A DNA stretch of 64,000 bases from Malacoraja senta (taxonomy: Eukaryota): positions 20,834,001 through 20,898,000 of the forward strand of contig CM075989.1 of the NCBI GenBank assembly GCA_038087875.1, written 5' to 3'. A program made the position numbers and the translations under genes. The first letter of the stretch is position 1. Each line of letters starts with the position of its first letter. The notes beneath the pieces are model-generated. The model ran no database searches. It saw only the letters and a program-made list of their open reading frames with translations, and was not told the origin of the DNA. Of this stretch, positions 11,650 to 24,550 are shown piece after piece.

Positions 11650-11929
11650 TGGCACGGTGACGCAGCGGTGGAGTTGCTGCCTTACAGCGCTAGGGACCCG
11701 GGTTCCATCCTGACTACAGATACTGCTTGTATGGAGTTTGTACGTTCTCCCTGTGACCTCATGGGTTTTCTCCGGGTGCTCCGGTTTCCTTCCATATTCC
11801 AAAGACGTGCAAGTTTATAGGTGAATTGGCTTCTGTAAATTGTCCCTAGCGTTGGATAGAACTGGTGTACGTACGATCATTGGTCGGGGTGGACTTACTG
11901 GACGAAGGGCCTGTTTCCACGCCGTATCT
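11650..11929 (+). mobile_element. HE1/V-SINE
   Basis: Complete head, V-domain and tail. Confidence 0.85.
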
Positions 11930-12202
11930 TTAGTTTAGAGATACAGTTCGGAAACAGGCCCTTCGGCCCACCGAGTCCGCACCGACCAGCGATCCGCCAT
12001 ACATTAGGGACAATTTTACCAAGCCGATTAGCTCACAAACCTGTACGTCTTTGGAGTGTGGGAGGAAACCGGAGCACCCGGGGAAAACCCACGTGGTCAC
12101 GGGGAGAACGTACAAGCTCCGTACAGACAGCACCCGTAGTCAGGATCAAACCCGGGTCTCTGGCACTGTAAGGCAGCAACTCCACCGCTGCGCCATCGTG
12201 CT
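11930..12202 (-). mobile_element. HE1/V-SINE (tail-to-tail with the previous copy)
   Basis: Full-length reverse copy. Confidence 0.85.
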
Positions 12203-12350
12203 GAATCACTACACTGAACTCAACTCAACTCGACTCAAGTCCATGAATTTCTGACTACTGGATTCTAAGCAGGAAATAATCAGGCTGCTTTACAATAGAC
12301 AATAGACAATAGGTGCAGGAGTAGGCCATTCGGCCCTTCGAGCCAGCACC

Positions 12351-13189
12351 GGAAGTGGCGGCGCTGTCGTACAGCAGCGGCTCGCCTGCAGTCCGTCTGT
12401 TTTTACTTTTTTTGTTTTCTTTTGTCCTGTTTTAGTTAAATTTTAGTTTATTGGGTTGTGTATGTGTGGGGTGGGGGGGGGGTGAAACATGACTTTTGTC
12501 TCTTCCTTCGGGGGAATGCGACTTTTTCTTGTCGTATCCCCCTTCTCTGCCTCCGTCTGCGCCGAGGCCAAAATGGCGGAGCTGCCGGCCTCCAACTCCA
12601 ACTGCGACCGACCGACCTCGAAGCTCCGGAGGCAGAGCCAGGACTTACCAGCGCGGGGCTGGCTGGCTTCGGGGCTGCGGTGCCGTTCCGGCGGTGGCGA
12701 CCGAACGCTGGTGGCGACCTGTATCCGGAGGCTCGGCCGCGGGCCCGGTGGACGACATCGTCGGGAGCTCGCAGGTCACAGGTTGGTGACCTGTTTTTCT
12801 GGGGCTCCCGCAACTACAGCTGCGTCCGCTGGACTGGAGGGCGGCAGCTTCGGCAGCTTCGGCCACCCCAGGCCACGGAGTTTGAACCGGCCCGTCGTGG
12901 AGCACGGATTCAGCCGCGGGACTGACTTACCATCACCCGGCGGGGTCACAACATCAGAAGCCTGGATCACCTCAGCGCAGAGGAAGAACAAAGCGGGAAG
13001 AGACAGAGACTTTAAGACTTTTGCCTCCATCACAGTGAGGAGGTGCCTGGTGAACTCACTGTGGTGGATGTTAATTTGTGTTTATTGAGTGTTTTGTTAT
13101 TTATTATTATATGTATGACTGCAGGCAACGAAATTTCGTTCAGACCGAAAGGTCTGAATGACAAATAAAGGAATCTCTAATCTCTAATC
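12351..13189 (+). mobile_element. GC-rich non-autonomous retroelement with Rex1/Babar-type 3' tail
   Basis: Ends aaatttcg-ttcagaccgaaaggtctgaa (hairpin)-tgacaaataaagg-(aatctct)n; CpG-rich; no recognisable protein. Confidence 0.6.
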
Positions 13190-13857
13190 TTACAACCAGC
13201 TTAGGTTGATTGTATAACCATGGAGTTGCAATAAAGCTTGTCACAATACTGTGTTGAGCATTAAATTTAGATATAATGGTAATGAAGGGAAGGTGAGAGT
13301 GGAAATATTTAACAGAATATTAAAAATTTCTGTTTAATATTCAGCTTTGTCACACAGAGGGTGGTACGTATAGGGAACGAACTGGCAAATTCAGCTATTA
13401 AATCTTTCCCCTCTCACCTTCAACCTATGCCCTCTAGTTCTTGACCCTTCTGCCCTGAAAAAATGACTGCGCATTTACTCTATCTATTCCCCTCGTTATT
13501 ATAAACACCTCGATGAGATCACTACCCAGACTCCTAGCTTATAAAATGTTAGATGTGCTGTTGGTTAAGAAATAATCGATATTTGGTCATTTTAGTTCGG
13601 AAATGATTAAAAAACTTAAAGTCCTTGGAGTGCAGAAGGACAAATTGTTGGACGAAAGGAAACATGAAGAAATGGGTTTGATCATTTGATCTAGAGTCAA
13701 TAGATCTAAGCTGCAGCCTGCCGCACTGATGTAGCAGTCGGCTTATGTGACTTGGTGTTTTCACTGGTTCTTTCACAGAGCAGATGCTCGACTTCAAACA
13801 TTGTTGGTAATCAGCATGACAAATAGATCTGATATGTTTAGATAAAATCCAGCTCGG

Positions 13858-14180
13858 CTTTAGTTTAGTTTAGAGATACAGCGTGGAAACAGGCCCTTCA
13901 GCCCACTGAGTCCATGCCGACCAGCGATCCCCGCACATTAACACTATCCTACACACACTCGGGGACAATTTTTATATATATACCAGGCCAATTAACCTAC
14001 ACACCTCTACGTCTTTGGAGTGTGTGAGGAAACCAAAGTTCTCGGAGAAAATCCACGTAGGTCACAGGGAAAACGTACAAACTCCGTACAGACAGCACCT
14101 GTAGTCGGGATCGAACCGGGATGTCTGGCGTTGTAAGTGCTGTGAGACAGCAACTCTACCGCTGCGCCACCGTGCCGCCC
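13858..14180 (-). mobile_element. HE1/V-SINE
   Basis: Full-length reverse copy with (ttagt)n tail. Confidence 0.9.
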
Positions 14181-14766
14181 ACTTCTTATATTTTAGAATC
14201 TAAGTAAAGATCAACTTAATTTGATTTTGCACTATTATTGAACAAAGGGATTTCGCACTGATTTCACTGACAGTTCCACGCAAATACAATCACCTACCAT
14301 CTATCATTTAATACATGCAACAAACTTGGCTATTAGGAAGCAGATGCTGTCTGTTAAAAGTAAAGACAAATTAAAGTCAGAACAGTACCAAAACCTCCTG
14401 AGAGTGGAAGTTTGTTTGCAAGGGAGATGCCATTAAACCAAGTAAATATTCATTGCAGATAGACACAACATGCTGGAGTAACTGAGGAGGTGCAGGAGAG
14501 AGGATGTTGCAGAGGTCTGTCTGGGATCTCACTATATCACCGTCTATATCTCTCCTTTCCCTTTCCCTTGACTCTCAGTCTGAAGAAGGGTCTTGACCCA
14601 AAACGTCACCTTATTCCTTCTCTCCAGAGACGCTGAGTTACTCCAGCTTTTTGTTTCTATCTTCGGTATAAACCAGCATCTGCAGTTCCTTCCCAAATAT
14701 GCACTGCAGTTCTTTTGCTGGCTATTAGGTAGTTGGCTACTTTAAGCAATTTGTTTGAAGCAGCAT

Positions 14767-15101
14767 GGCGCGGCACGGTGGCGCAGCGGTAGAGTTGCTG
14801 TCTTACACCGCTTGCAGTGTCGGAGACCCGGGTTCGATCCCGACTACAGTCGCTGTCTGTAAGGAGTTTGTACGTTCTCCCTGTGACCGCGTGGGTTTTC
14901 TCCAGGTGCTCCGGTTTCCTCCCACACTCCAAAGGCGTACAGGTCTGTAGGTTAATTGGCTTGGGTTTGTACACTTGGTATAAGTGTGTAAATTGTCCCT
15001 AGTGTGTGTAGGCTTGTGTTAATGTGCGGGGATCGCTGGTCGGTGCGGACTTGGTGGGCCGAAGGGCCTGTTTCCGCGCTGTATCTCGGAACTAAACTAA
15101 A
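14767..15101 (+). mobile_element. HE1/V-SINE
   Basis: A box tggcgcagcgg, B box ggttcgatcc, V-domain, (ctaaa)n tail. Confidence 0.9.
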
Positions 15102-15679
15102 TGGCAGTGGATATAGAACTAAAACGCATGTTCAAAGAAATTCCGAGTCCTTGCTCCACAGCCAAAAGACTCGGGCATTTTTAAAAATGTACGCTATTAT
15201 AATCAAATAATGCAGCAGATTTCTAAAGGAGAGGAGACCTGGTCCTGGAAGCTGAGAGCAGATGATTAATTATTGGTCACACCTCAATGACTCCTGTTCA
15301 CACAAACGTGATGAAGAAAGATTAGCTCTGCTGCAAATGCCATTATAATTCTAGCTGACACACAACCTTGGTGATTAAAGTTGCAATCACACTGAACGAA
15401 CTGTGCCTTGCTGGTGCCTGTGATATTAATTATGGTCTCAATGGTCATTAGGCCCTTCTCATTCAGTGACTGTGTTGGGAAACACTTTTTGCACCTTAGA
15501 TAATTAAGTTCTCTCATCTTCAATAAATATTTAAATTCATATTGGAACATGAAACATCCAGTTGTCACTTTACCAACAATACAAATAAGATTGCCTTATG
15601 CACTTCATGTAATCTGCAATTTCTTTCATCATAAGCATTCTTTAAGTAATCCCTGGAGGTTAAATGTTTTATAAAAACG

Positions 15680-15900
15680 TTCAGTTCAGTTTAGTTTATT
15701 GTCACGTGTACCGAGGTACAGCGAAAAGCTTTTTTTGCGTGCTAACCAGTCAGCGGAAAGACAATACATGATTACAATCGAGCCATTTACAGTGTACAGA
15801 CACATGATAAGGGAATAACGTTTAGTGCAAGGTAAAGCCAGCAAAGTCCAATCAAGGATAGTCCAAGGGTCAACAAAAAGGTAGATAGTAGTTCAGCACT
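15680..15900 (-). mobile_element. Rex1/Babar-type 3' tail
   Basis: Minus strand ends gtacctcggtacacgtgacaataaac-(taaac/tgaac)n. Confidence 0.6.
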
Positions 15901-17025
15901 AGTAGTCGTTTTTTACTGTTAAATTATTTTAATATAGCCGATAAACTTGTCATATATTCGAATAACTGGAAAATAAATTATAGAATATTAGTCGTGCAAT
16001 TGGTTAACAAATATTTGTCATTTGGTGATGTTATTTAGCAGATGATTAAAAAAAAAACTTAGGAGAAGATTCAGAGGTTAATGCTTTTCAAGATGATGAA
16101 TAATGAAGATGAAAGGGAACATTCTCTCGAACTTTGGTGGCAATGTGAAGCGTGCGTGTGTCAGGCGTGGAAGGGATGAAGTCGAGATTCTGGAACCCCC
16201 ACCCCCCCCCTCACAAGGCACCTGAACCCCAGCCCTGCCAGAGGCATCCCCACTGCAACCCTGCGACACACTATCTACCATGTTATCCGTTCTGCCGCGT
16301 CGAGCAGGGTTGTCGTTGGATTCCTGCCAATTAGTGCAAATTCATGGTAATTTTATGCTTTGGATGTTTTTCCGCTGGGAACAAGGCTGAGGCTGCCCAG
16401 ACTCATTTTGCTTGTGATACCTGACAACTGTCAGAAAGCAGGGACCCTCATCATCTCTGTCTGGATCAGATTCAAACTTGGATAGCAAAAGGTGAAAGCG
16501 CAGGTTTTTTTTTTTTTTTAGAACTGTCCTCCAATGCAGCTTGCCACACAGTCCCCCAAGTAACAAATTATTCAGAGCACCATCTCCTCACAGAAACAGT
16601 TTGATAGATATTGTTTATGACTCTCTCATTAAAACCGTATAAAAACTCTCTGTTGTACGCTATCTATTCCAACCAGCTTTCATTTGTCTCTCAAAGAGAG
16701 TGTTATACATGGGCTCTACATGTATGTATTTTACCAGTGAATAACAGTGCCATTGTAACAATGTTGGCACTTGGTTAAATATGTAGGTTATGTTCAATAA
16801 TAAAACTTGTAAGAAATTTTCTTCTTGCTGTTAATTTTCTATTACTACTTTGAGTTCTGTTTTATTTAGAGAAGTATAAACCATAATTATAAATATTATA
16901 TTTACTGATCCTGGAAAATGTAGCTGTAGGAAGGAACTGCAGATGCTGGTTTAAACCGAAGGTGGACACAAAATGCTGCAGTAACTCAGCGGGACTGGCA
17001 GCATCTCTGGATAGAAGGAATAGGT

Positions 17026-17053
17026 GACGTTTCGGGTCGAGACCCTTCTTCAG
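17026..17053 (-). ncRNA. Minimal hammerhead ribozyme-like core
   Basis: Minus strand CTGAAGA A GGGTC TC GACCC GAAA CGTC, within fold-back element ~16925-17103. Confidence 0.6.
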
Positions 17054-17159
17054 TCTGAGATGCTGCCTGCCCCGCTGAGTTACTCCAGCATTATGTGTCT
17101 ATCTTGGATCTCCATGTGGAAATGTTGTTCCTCAGGTTCCTATTAGTAAGGTTCCTAAT

Positions 17160-17590
17160 ACTGTCGGCGGTAAGGAAGGCAAATTCAATGTTAGCATTTA
17201 TATCAAGAGGGCTGGAATACAAAAATAGAAATGCAATGGTGAGGCTCTATAAGGCACATGTCAGGCCGCATTTGGAGTACTGTGAGCAAATTTGGGCCCC
17301 ATATCTGAGGAAGGATTGGCTCTGGAGAGGGTCCAGAGGAGGTTTACAAGAATGATTCCAGGAATTAGTGCGTTAGCATATGATGAGCGCTTGACAGCAC
17401 TGGGCCTGTACTCGCTGGAGTTTAGAAGGTTGAGGATGGATCTCATTGAACAATGAAAGGCATAGAGTGGATGTGGAAAGGGTTTTTCCACTGGTGAGTG
17501 AGTCTAGAATTCATAGCCTCAGAATTAAAGGGCGCTCTTTTACAAAGGAGGAGGAACTTCTTTAATCAGAGGGTAGTTAATCTGTGGAAC
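17160..17590 (+). mobile_element. CR1 ORF2 C-terminal fragment
   Basis: AVRKANSMLAFISRGLEYK...RPHLEYCEQIWAPYLRKD. Confidence 0.9.
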
Positions 17591-18954
17591 CCATAGCCAC
17601 TCATTCTCCGGGTGCTCTGGTTTCGTCCCATACTCCAAAGACGTGCAGGTTTGTAGGTTAATTGGCTTCTGTAAATTGTAAATTGTGTAGGATAGTGCCA
17701 GAATACAGTCTGATCGCTGGTCAGTGCAGACTTGGTGGGTCATAGGGCCTGTTTCCACATTGTATCTCTAAAGTATAAAGTCTAAAATCTAAAGTCCAAC
17801 CTTCTAGCTGTGCACTCTAATGTTGAACGTTCCCAACCCGGAGAAAAAGGTTCTGACTGTTTACCCTATCTATGCCTCCCGAAATTGAATTCCCAGATAT
17901 TTGACACTCGACTGTCCAGGAATGAACTCGCTGCCCTGAATAACCTCATTCTAATTGTAAAGTCTGGTTCCAACTATGGAATAGTATTATTGCAGATGGG
18001 AACATACGGCTTGGGATGCAGCAAGCAACTTGATAAAAAACAGAGAACGGCAAATGACTTTAGGTTGGAGATCAATAATTAATTATACTTACTGACCTGA
18101 TCTATATGAAGGTATTGCAGAATGGCAAATCAGCTGTTGACGACTTGATCAATTAATTCACCTGTTGTAACGATCACTTGGAACCATGTGGTATGGTGGC
18201 AGAGAGGAGTTTACTTGCTGTTCAGGGTTGTGAATCTGTCAACTTACGTTGCCTTTTTAAAGGTAGCAAGTAAAAAGAGACACATTCTGCTTTCGAGGTG
18301 AAACACCAGTTGAGAGGCTGTTACCTGTGAATAAAGTTATGGGAAGAAATGCCCAGTGACTTGGTTTTAAATTAACGGCAAGAGTAGCAGGTGATTGTGC
18401 AGTGCTGTGAATTCCCTGATTATAATCCCCATTTTAATTAGATTGTTCATCCTTCTTGGGGTTAGCTACAGGGATTACGGCAGTTAGAAGACCATCTCGT
18501 ATTGATCATTGTATCCAGCTGGGAGTAGTGGCCTCTCACAACAAGTCCGCTCCAGCATTTTATAAATCAAGGCAAGCACCCCTTGGTCTAAGGTGCATTG
18601 ATCTGTGACTCTGTTGCTGCTTGGTATACAGTGTAAAAATAGCACGGTGGCGCAGCTGGTACAGCCGCTGCCTCTCGGCGCCGAAGACCCGGGTTCGATT
18701 GTGACACCGAGTGCCGTCTGTGTGGAGTTTGCATGTTCCCCTTGTGACCGCGTGGGTTTCCTCCCACATCCCAAAGATGTGCGGGTTTGTAGGTTAAGAG
18801 TCAAGAGTGTTTTATTGTCACATGTTCCAGACAGAGCAATGAAATTCCTACTTGCAGCAACACAACAGAATATGTAAAGATAGTACACTGTAAACAGTCT
18901 AATAAATGAGAAAACAGTTCAGTATAAATATCACATACATACATATTTCATATA

Positions 18955-19320
<366 letters not shown>

Positions 19321-19544
19321 GTACATCTCATAACAAACAAACAATAATAGTGCAGAAAGATAAAACCAATCATCCCAAGTCAATGTAGTTCAGAGCTTAT
19401 TTGCGGGTTGTAATGTTTAATGGCGGTAGGGAAGTAGCTGTTCCTGAACCTGGACGTTACAGTTTTCAGGTTAATTGGCCCCTGTAAAATTGTCCCTAAT
19501 GTGTAGGGAGTGATGAGAAAATGGGATAGCATAGAACTAGTGTA

Positions 19545-20833
19545 CATAGAAACATAGAAACGTAGAAACTAGGTGCAGGAGTAGGCCATTCGGCCCTTCG
19601 AGCCTGAACCGCCATTCAATATGATCATGGCTGATCATCCAACTCAGTATCCTGTACCTGCCTTCTCTCCCTACCCCCTGATCCCTTTAGCCACAAGGGC
19701 CACATCTAACTCCCTCTTAAATATAGCCAATGAACTGGCCTCAACTACCTTCTGTGGCAGAGAGTTCCAGAGATTCACCACTCTCTGTGTGAAAAATGTT
19801 TTTCTCATCTCGGTCCTAAAGGATTTCCCCTCAATCCTTAAAGTGTGACCCCTTGTCCTGGACTTCCCCAACATCGGGAACAATCTTCCTGCATCTAGCC
19901 TGTCCAACCCCTTAAGAATTTTGTACATTTCTATAAGATCCCCCCTCAATCTTCTAAATTCTAGCGAGTACAAGCCGAGTCTATCCAGTCTTTCTTCATA
20001 TGAAAGTCCTGACATCCCAGGAATCAGTCTGGTGAACCTTCTCTGCACTCCCTCTATGGCTATAATGTCCTTTCTCAGATTTGGAGACCAAAACTGTACG
20101 CAATACTCCAGGTGTGGTCTCACCAAGACCCTGTACAACTGCAGTAGAACCTCGCTGCTCCTATACTCAAATCCTCTTGCTATGAAGGCCAACATACCAT
20201 TCGCTTTCTTCACTGCCTGCTGCACCTGCATGCCTACTTTCAATGACTGGTGTACCATGACACCCAGGTCTCGCTGCATCTCCCCATTTCCTAATCGGCC
20301 ACCATTTAGATAATAGTCTGCCTTCCCGTTTTTGCTACCAAAGTGGATAACCTCACATTTATCCACATTATACTGCATCTGCCAAACATTTGCCCACTCA
20401 CCCAGCCTATCCGTCACCTTGCAGCCTCCTAGCATCCTCCTCACAGCTAACACTGCCCCCCAGCTTCGTGTCATCTGCAAACTTGGAGATGTTGCATTCA
20501 ATTCCCTCGTCCAAATCATTAATATATATTGTAAATAGCTGGGGTCCCAGCACTGAGCCTTGCGGTACCCCACTAGTCACTGCCTGTCATTCTGAAAAGG
20601 ACCCGTTTACTCCTACTCTTTGCTTCCTGTTTGCCAGCCAGTTCTCTATCCACATCAATACTGAACCCCCAATACTGTGTGCTTTAAGTTTGTATACTAA
20701 TCTCTTATGTGGGACCTTGTCGAAAGCCTTCTGAAAGTCCAGATATAACACATGCACTGGTTCTCCCTTATTCACTCTACTAGTTACATCCTCGAAAAAT
20801 TCTATAAGATTCGTCAGACATGATTTACCTTTC
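19545..20833 (-). mobile_element. 5'-truncated CR1 LINE (RT domain to 3' tail)
   Basis: YLDFQKAFDKVPH, FADDTKL (shifted frame), RPHLEYCVQFWSP; (tttctatg)n tail; gtgta on both sides; inserted in a V-SINE. Confidence 0.95.
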
Positions 20834-21689
20834 GTGTAAACGGGTGATCGATGGTTGGCGTGGACTCGGGTGGTGCAAAGGGCCGGTTTCCATGCTGTAT
20901 CTCTAAATTTAACTAAGCAGCTGGTTAAAGCTGAAAAGAGGGCAATATCTCGAAGCTAATAGCAACATGAATAAAGACCAACTCAGGCAAATAGTTCAGC
21001 CAGCTCTGATGCAAGGCTAGAGATGTTAACTCAGCTTCCGGTAGCCCTTGCTGTCTCTTCCCCTTCTTAGCTCTCCCTCAGCCCTCTGGCTCCTTCTCTT
21101 CCTTTTTTCTTCCCGCCCCCCCCCCCCCTGCATCAGTCTGAAGAAGGGTTTCGGCCTGAAATGTCACCTATTCCTTCGCTCCATAGATGCTGCCTCACCC
21201 GCTGAGTTTCTCCAGCATTTTTGTCTACCTTTGATTTTCCAGCATCTGCAGTTCCTTCTTGAACATTCTCTCCCCACAGCTGCTGCTCGCACTGCTGAGT
21301 TTGTCCAGCCATTCATTTTTCAATTCCAGGAGAATATAGAGTGAGAATTAGGTAGAATTCAGCTGACGATGTGGTAAAGGGTCGCAACCATTCAAATCAT
21401 TACTAGAGTTTCATCTGGAGGTTCACCTTGTGTTTTAGGACTGTTGGCAAATCAATTTCACTCCTGGGATGAATAAAGTTCTGTCGTATCGTATCGTAGA
21501 GAGTGGGCAGTGCAAGAGTCAGATTAGACCACATAAAAGGAGTGACAGAATGGATGGAGTAAGGAAACACAGCGCTGGAGTAACTCAGCAGGTCAGACAG
21601 CATCTCTGCAGGACATGGATAGGTGATATTTCGGGTCGGGATTCTTTTTCAGCCTGGAATACAAAAACACGTAGAATGGTACAAAACCA

Positions 21690-21965
21690 CTAAGCACCAG
21701 AGGGCACAGCTTCAGAGGAAAAGGACGTACCTTTAGAATGGAGATGATGAGGAATTTCTGTAGCCAGAGTGTGGTGAATCTGTGGAATTCATTGCCACAG
21801 ATGGCGGTGGAGGCCAAGTCATTGGGTATTTTATAAAGCGGAGATTGCTGGCTTCTTGATTAGTAAGGGTGTCAAAGGTTGTGGGGAAAAGGCAGGAGAA
21901 TGAGATTGAGGGGAACGTATAGATCATCCATGATTGAGCGGAGGAGTAGACTTGATGGCCCGAAT
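21690..21965 (+). mobile_element. CR1 LINE 3' end
   Basis: gtggtgaatctgtggaattcattgccacag...3' UTR. Confidence 0.75.
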
Positions 21966-24094
21966 GTAGAGGAGTACCAAGAAAGATCATGCTTCTGCAT
22001 TCTACAGGATTGAATTCAGGGAAAAGAAACAAGAACCTTGATGTACTACGATGTACCAGAGTGATTAGTCAAAATATTTCAACTCCTTCTGTTTAGTTTA
22101 TGTACCCATGTACAATTACGTTGATCAGGCATAACTATTGGGCAGTCACCTCTGAGGTGAATTCCTCTCATTTGTCGCTCAGAATGGGTTTTCTGACGAT
22201 AGACACAAAATGCTGGAGTAACTCAGCGGGTCGGGCAACATCTCTGGAGAAAAGGAGTAGGTGACGTTTTGGGTCAGAATTTGATTTGTGCAGAATTAGG
22301 CCATTTGGCCCATCAAGACTACTCCGTCAATCAATCATTGCTGATCTTTCACTCCCAGCATCTAGCAGCATTACATCCTTGTTTTTGTATTCTAGCCCTC
22401 TTGAAATAAATGCGAGCATTGCTTTCCCCTAACTCTCAGTCTGGAGAAGGGTCTCGACCTGAAATGTCACCTAATCGTTTTCTCCAGAGATGCTGCCTGA
22501 CCCGTTGAGTTACTCCAGCATTTTGTGTCTATCTTCGGTATAAACCAGCATCTGCAGTTCCTTCCTACACACGGGTTTTCCGGATCCCTGTGTTAAATTC
22601 TTCGTTGGATGACTGCTATAAAGAACAAAGTTCAAACTAATTTTCAGTATATAATGTTAACATACCCATTCTGTCACTCCTTTTATGTGGTCTAATCTGA
22701 CTCTTGCACATCCATAGAAAGGACCTCTCTTAAACGTACGCACTAATTGTATCACATTAGCTTAAATTAGATTGTTTAAAAGGCAATCATTCTGCAGACA
22801 GGGCAATAGGAATAGCATGTCTTTGGTCATGTGTTTGCGTTTAACTGGATGGTTATGGGTTGATTTGATTTGAATAAGAACAGGTGGAATTCAAATTAGT
22901 GGCCCCACAGGTATTAATCAAATGTAATGATTATCTCAAATGACGACAGGCAATTAACTTAATTTTGCATATGCTGTTTTCATTCAGTGTACAAGACACT
23001 ATAGATGTAGTGGAAATGATCTAACGTCGGATAGGAACTTCAAATCATTACTGTTGCTGAAGAAAATGCATTGGGAAAATTATGGATTCTAAACTGGGTA
23101 AATTTCATGAACAGTACCGTTCAGGAAACAGGACATGTGCATACCAATTGTGATGCCGTTAAACTCCCCATGCCTGTATGTGATCCATATCCTTCCATTC
23201 CCTGTCTATCCATGTGCTTAACCAAAAGCCTCTGAAAAGCCACTGCTGTATCTGCCTCCACCACCACCCCTGGCAGCAGGTTCCAGGCACCCACCACTCT
23301 CTGTGTAAAAACTTAGCCCCGCACATCTCCTTGAAACATTATCCCTCTCGATGAGAGTCATACAGCATGGAAACAGGCCATTTGGGCCGACTTGCCCGCA
23401 CCAACCAACATGTCCCATCGAAACTATTCCCACCTGCCTGTGTTTGGTCCATATGCCTCTAAACCTGTCCTATCCATGTACCTGTCTAAAGGTCTCTTAA
23501 ACGTTGGCATAGTCATCTTAAAGCTATGCCCTCTATTCTTTGATATTTCAATCTTGGAAAATAGGTTCTGCCTGTGTACCCTACCCGTAATTTAATATAC
23601 TTCTATCCTGTCTTGCTTCAACCTCCGACTTTCCAGAGAGAACATTCCAAGTTTGCGCAACCTCTCTTTGTAGCTAATACCCTGGTGCTTCTGGTTAACC
23701 TATCTGCAGATTCTCCAAAACTCACATTCCCCTTGTGATCGGGCGACCAGAACTCCAAATGTGTGTAAGAGCTTGCATCTGTGGAATGGAAAATTCAGAC
23801 TATCGATTGTAGAAGTTGGGAGTTTACTTTGTTGCTGTATAAGACATTGGTACGGCCACATTTTCTTTAGTCAGAGGGTAGTTAATCTGTGGGTCTCATT
23901 GCCACAGAGGGATGTGGAGGCCCAGTCAGTGGATATTTTTAAGGCATAGACAAATTCTTGATTAGAACGAGTGTCAAGGGTTATGGGGAAGAGGCAGGAA
24001 AACAGGATTTGGAGGTAGAGATCAGCCACGATTGAATGGCGGAATAGACTCGATGGGCCAACTGGCTTAATTCTACTGTAACTTATGAGCATTT

Positions 24095-24550
24095 GTAGTA
24101 TTGTGTTCCGTTTTGGTCACCCTGTTACAGGAAAGATGCTGTTAAGCTGGAAAGGGTGCAGAGAGGATTTACGAAGACGCTGGCAGGACTCGAGGGCGTG
24201 AGCTATAGGGAGAGGTTGGGCACGCTTGGAGTGCAGGAGGATGAGGGGTAATCGTCTAAAGGTGTAAAAGATCACGAGAGGAATAGATAGGATAAATGCA
24301 CAGTCTTTTACCCAGATTTGGGGATTCAAGATCAAGAACATAGGTTGGAACGGAATAGAATATTTTATTGGCACAAGTGACTGAAGGAGGAAAATTTAAT
24401 GGGAACCTGAGGGAAAACTTTATTTACACAAAGGGTAGTGTGTACATGGAACTAGTTTCCAGAGGAGGTAGTTGAGGCAGGTACAATCGCAACATTTAAA
24501 AAATATTTGGACAGGTACATGGATAGGATAGGTTTAGAGAGATATTGCCC
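24095..24550 (+). mobile_element. CR1 ORF2 C-terminal fragment (older subfamily)
   Basis: YCVPFWSPCYRKDAVKLERVQRGFTKT. Confidence 0.8.

Noticed and set aside
12448..13088. Overlapping ORFs up to 199 aa; CpG-island-like promoter
   Set aside because: Open in several frames because of high GC; lies within a retroelement with a LINE-type tail; no protein motif.
14767..14850. tRNA genes (A and B boxes)
   Set aside because: These are SINE heads followed by V-domain and LINE tail; no complete cloverleaf.
19671..20573. 300 aa ORF as a functional gene
   Set aside because: Frameshifted, 5'-truncated CR1 ORF2.
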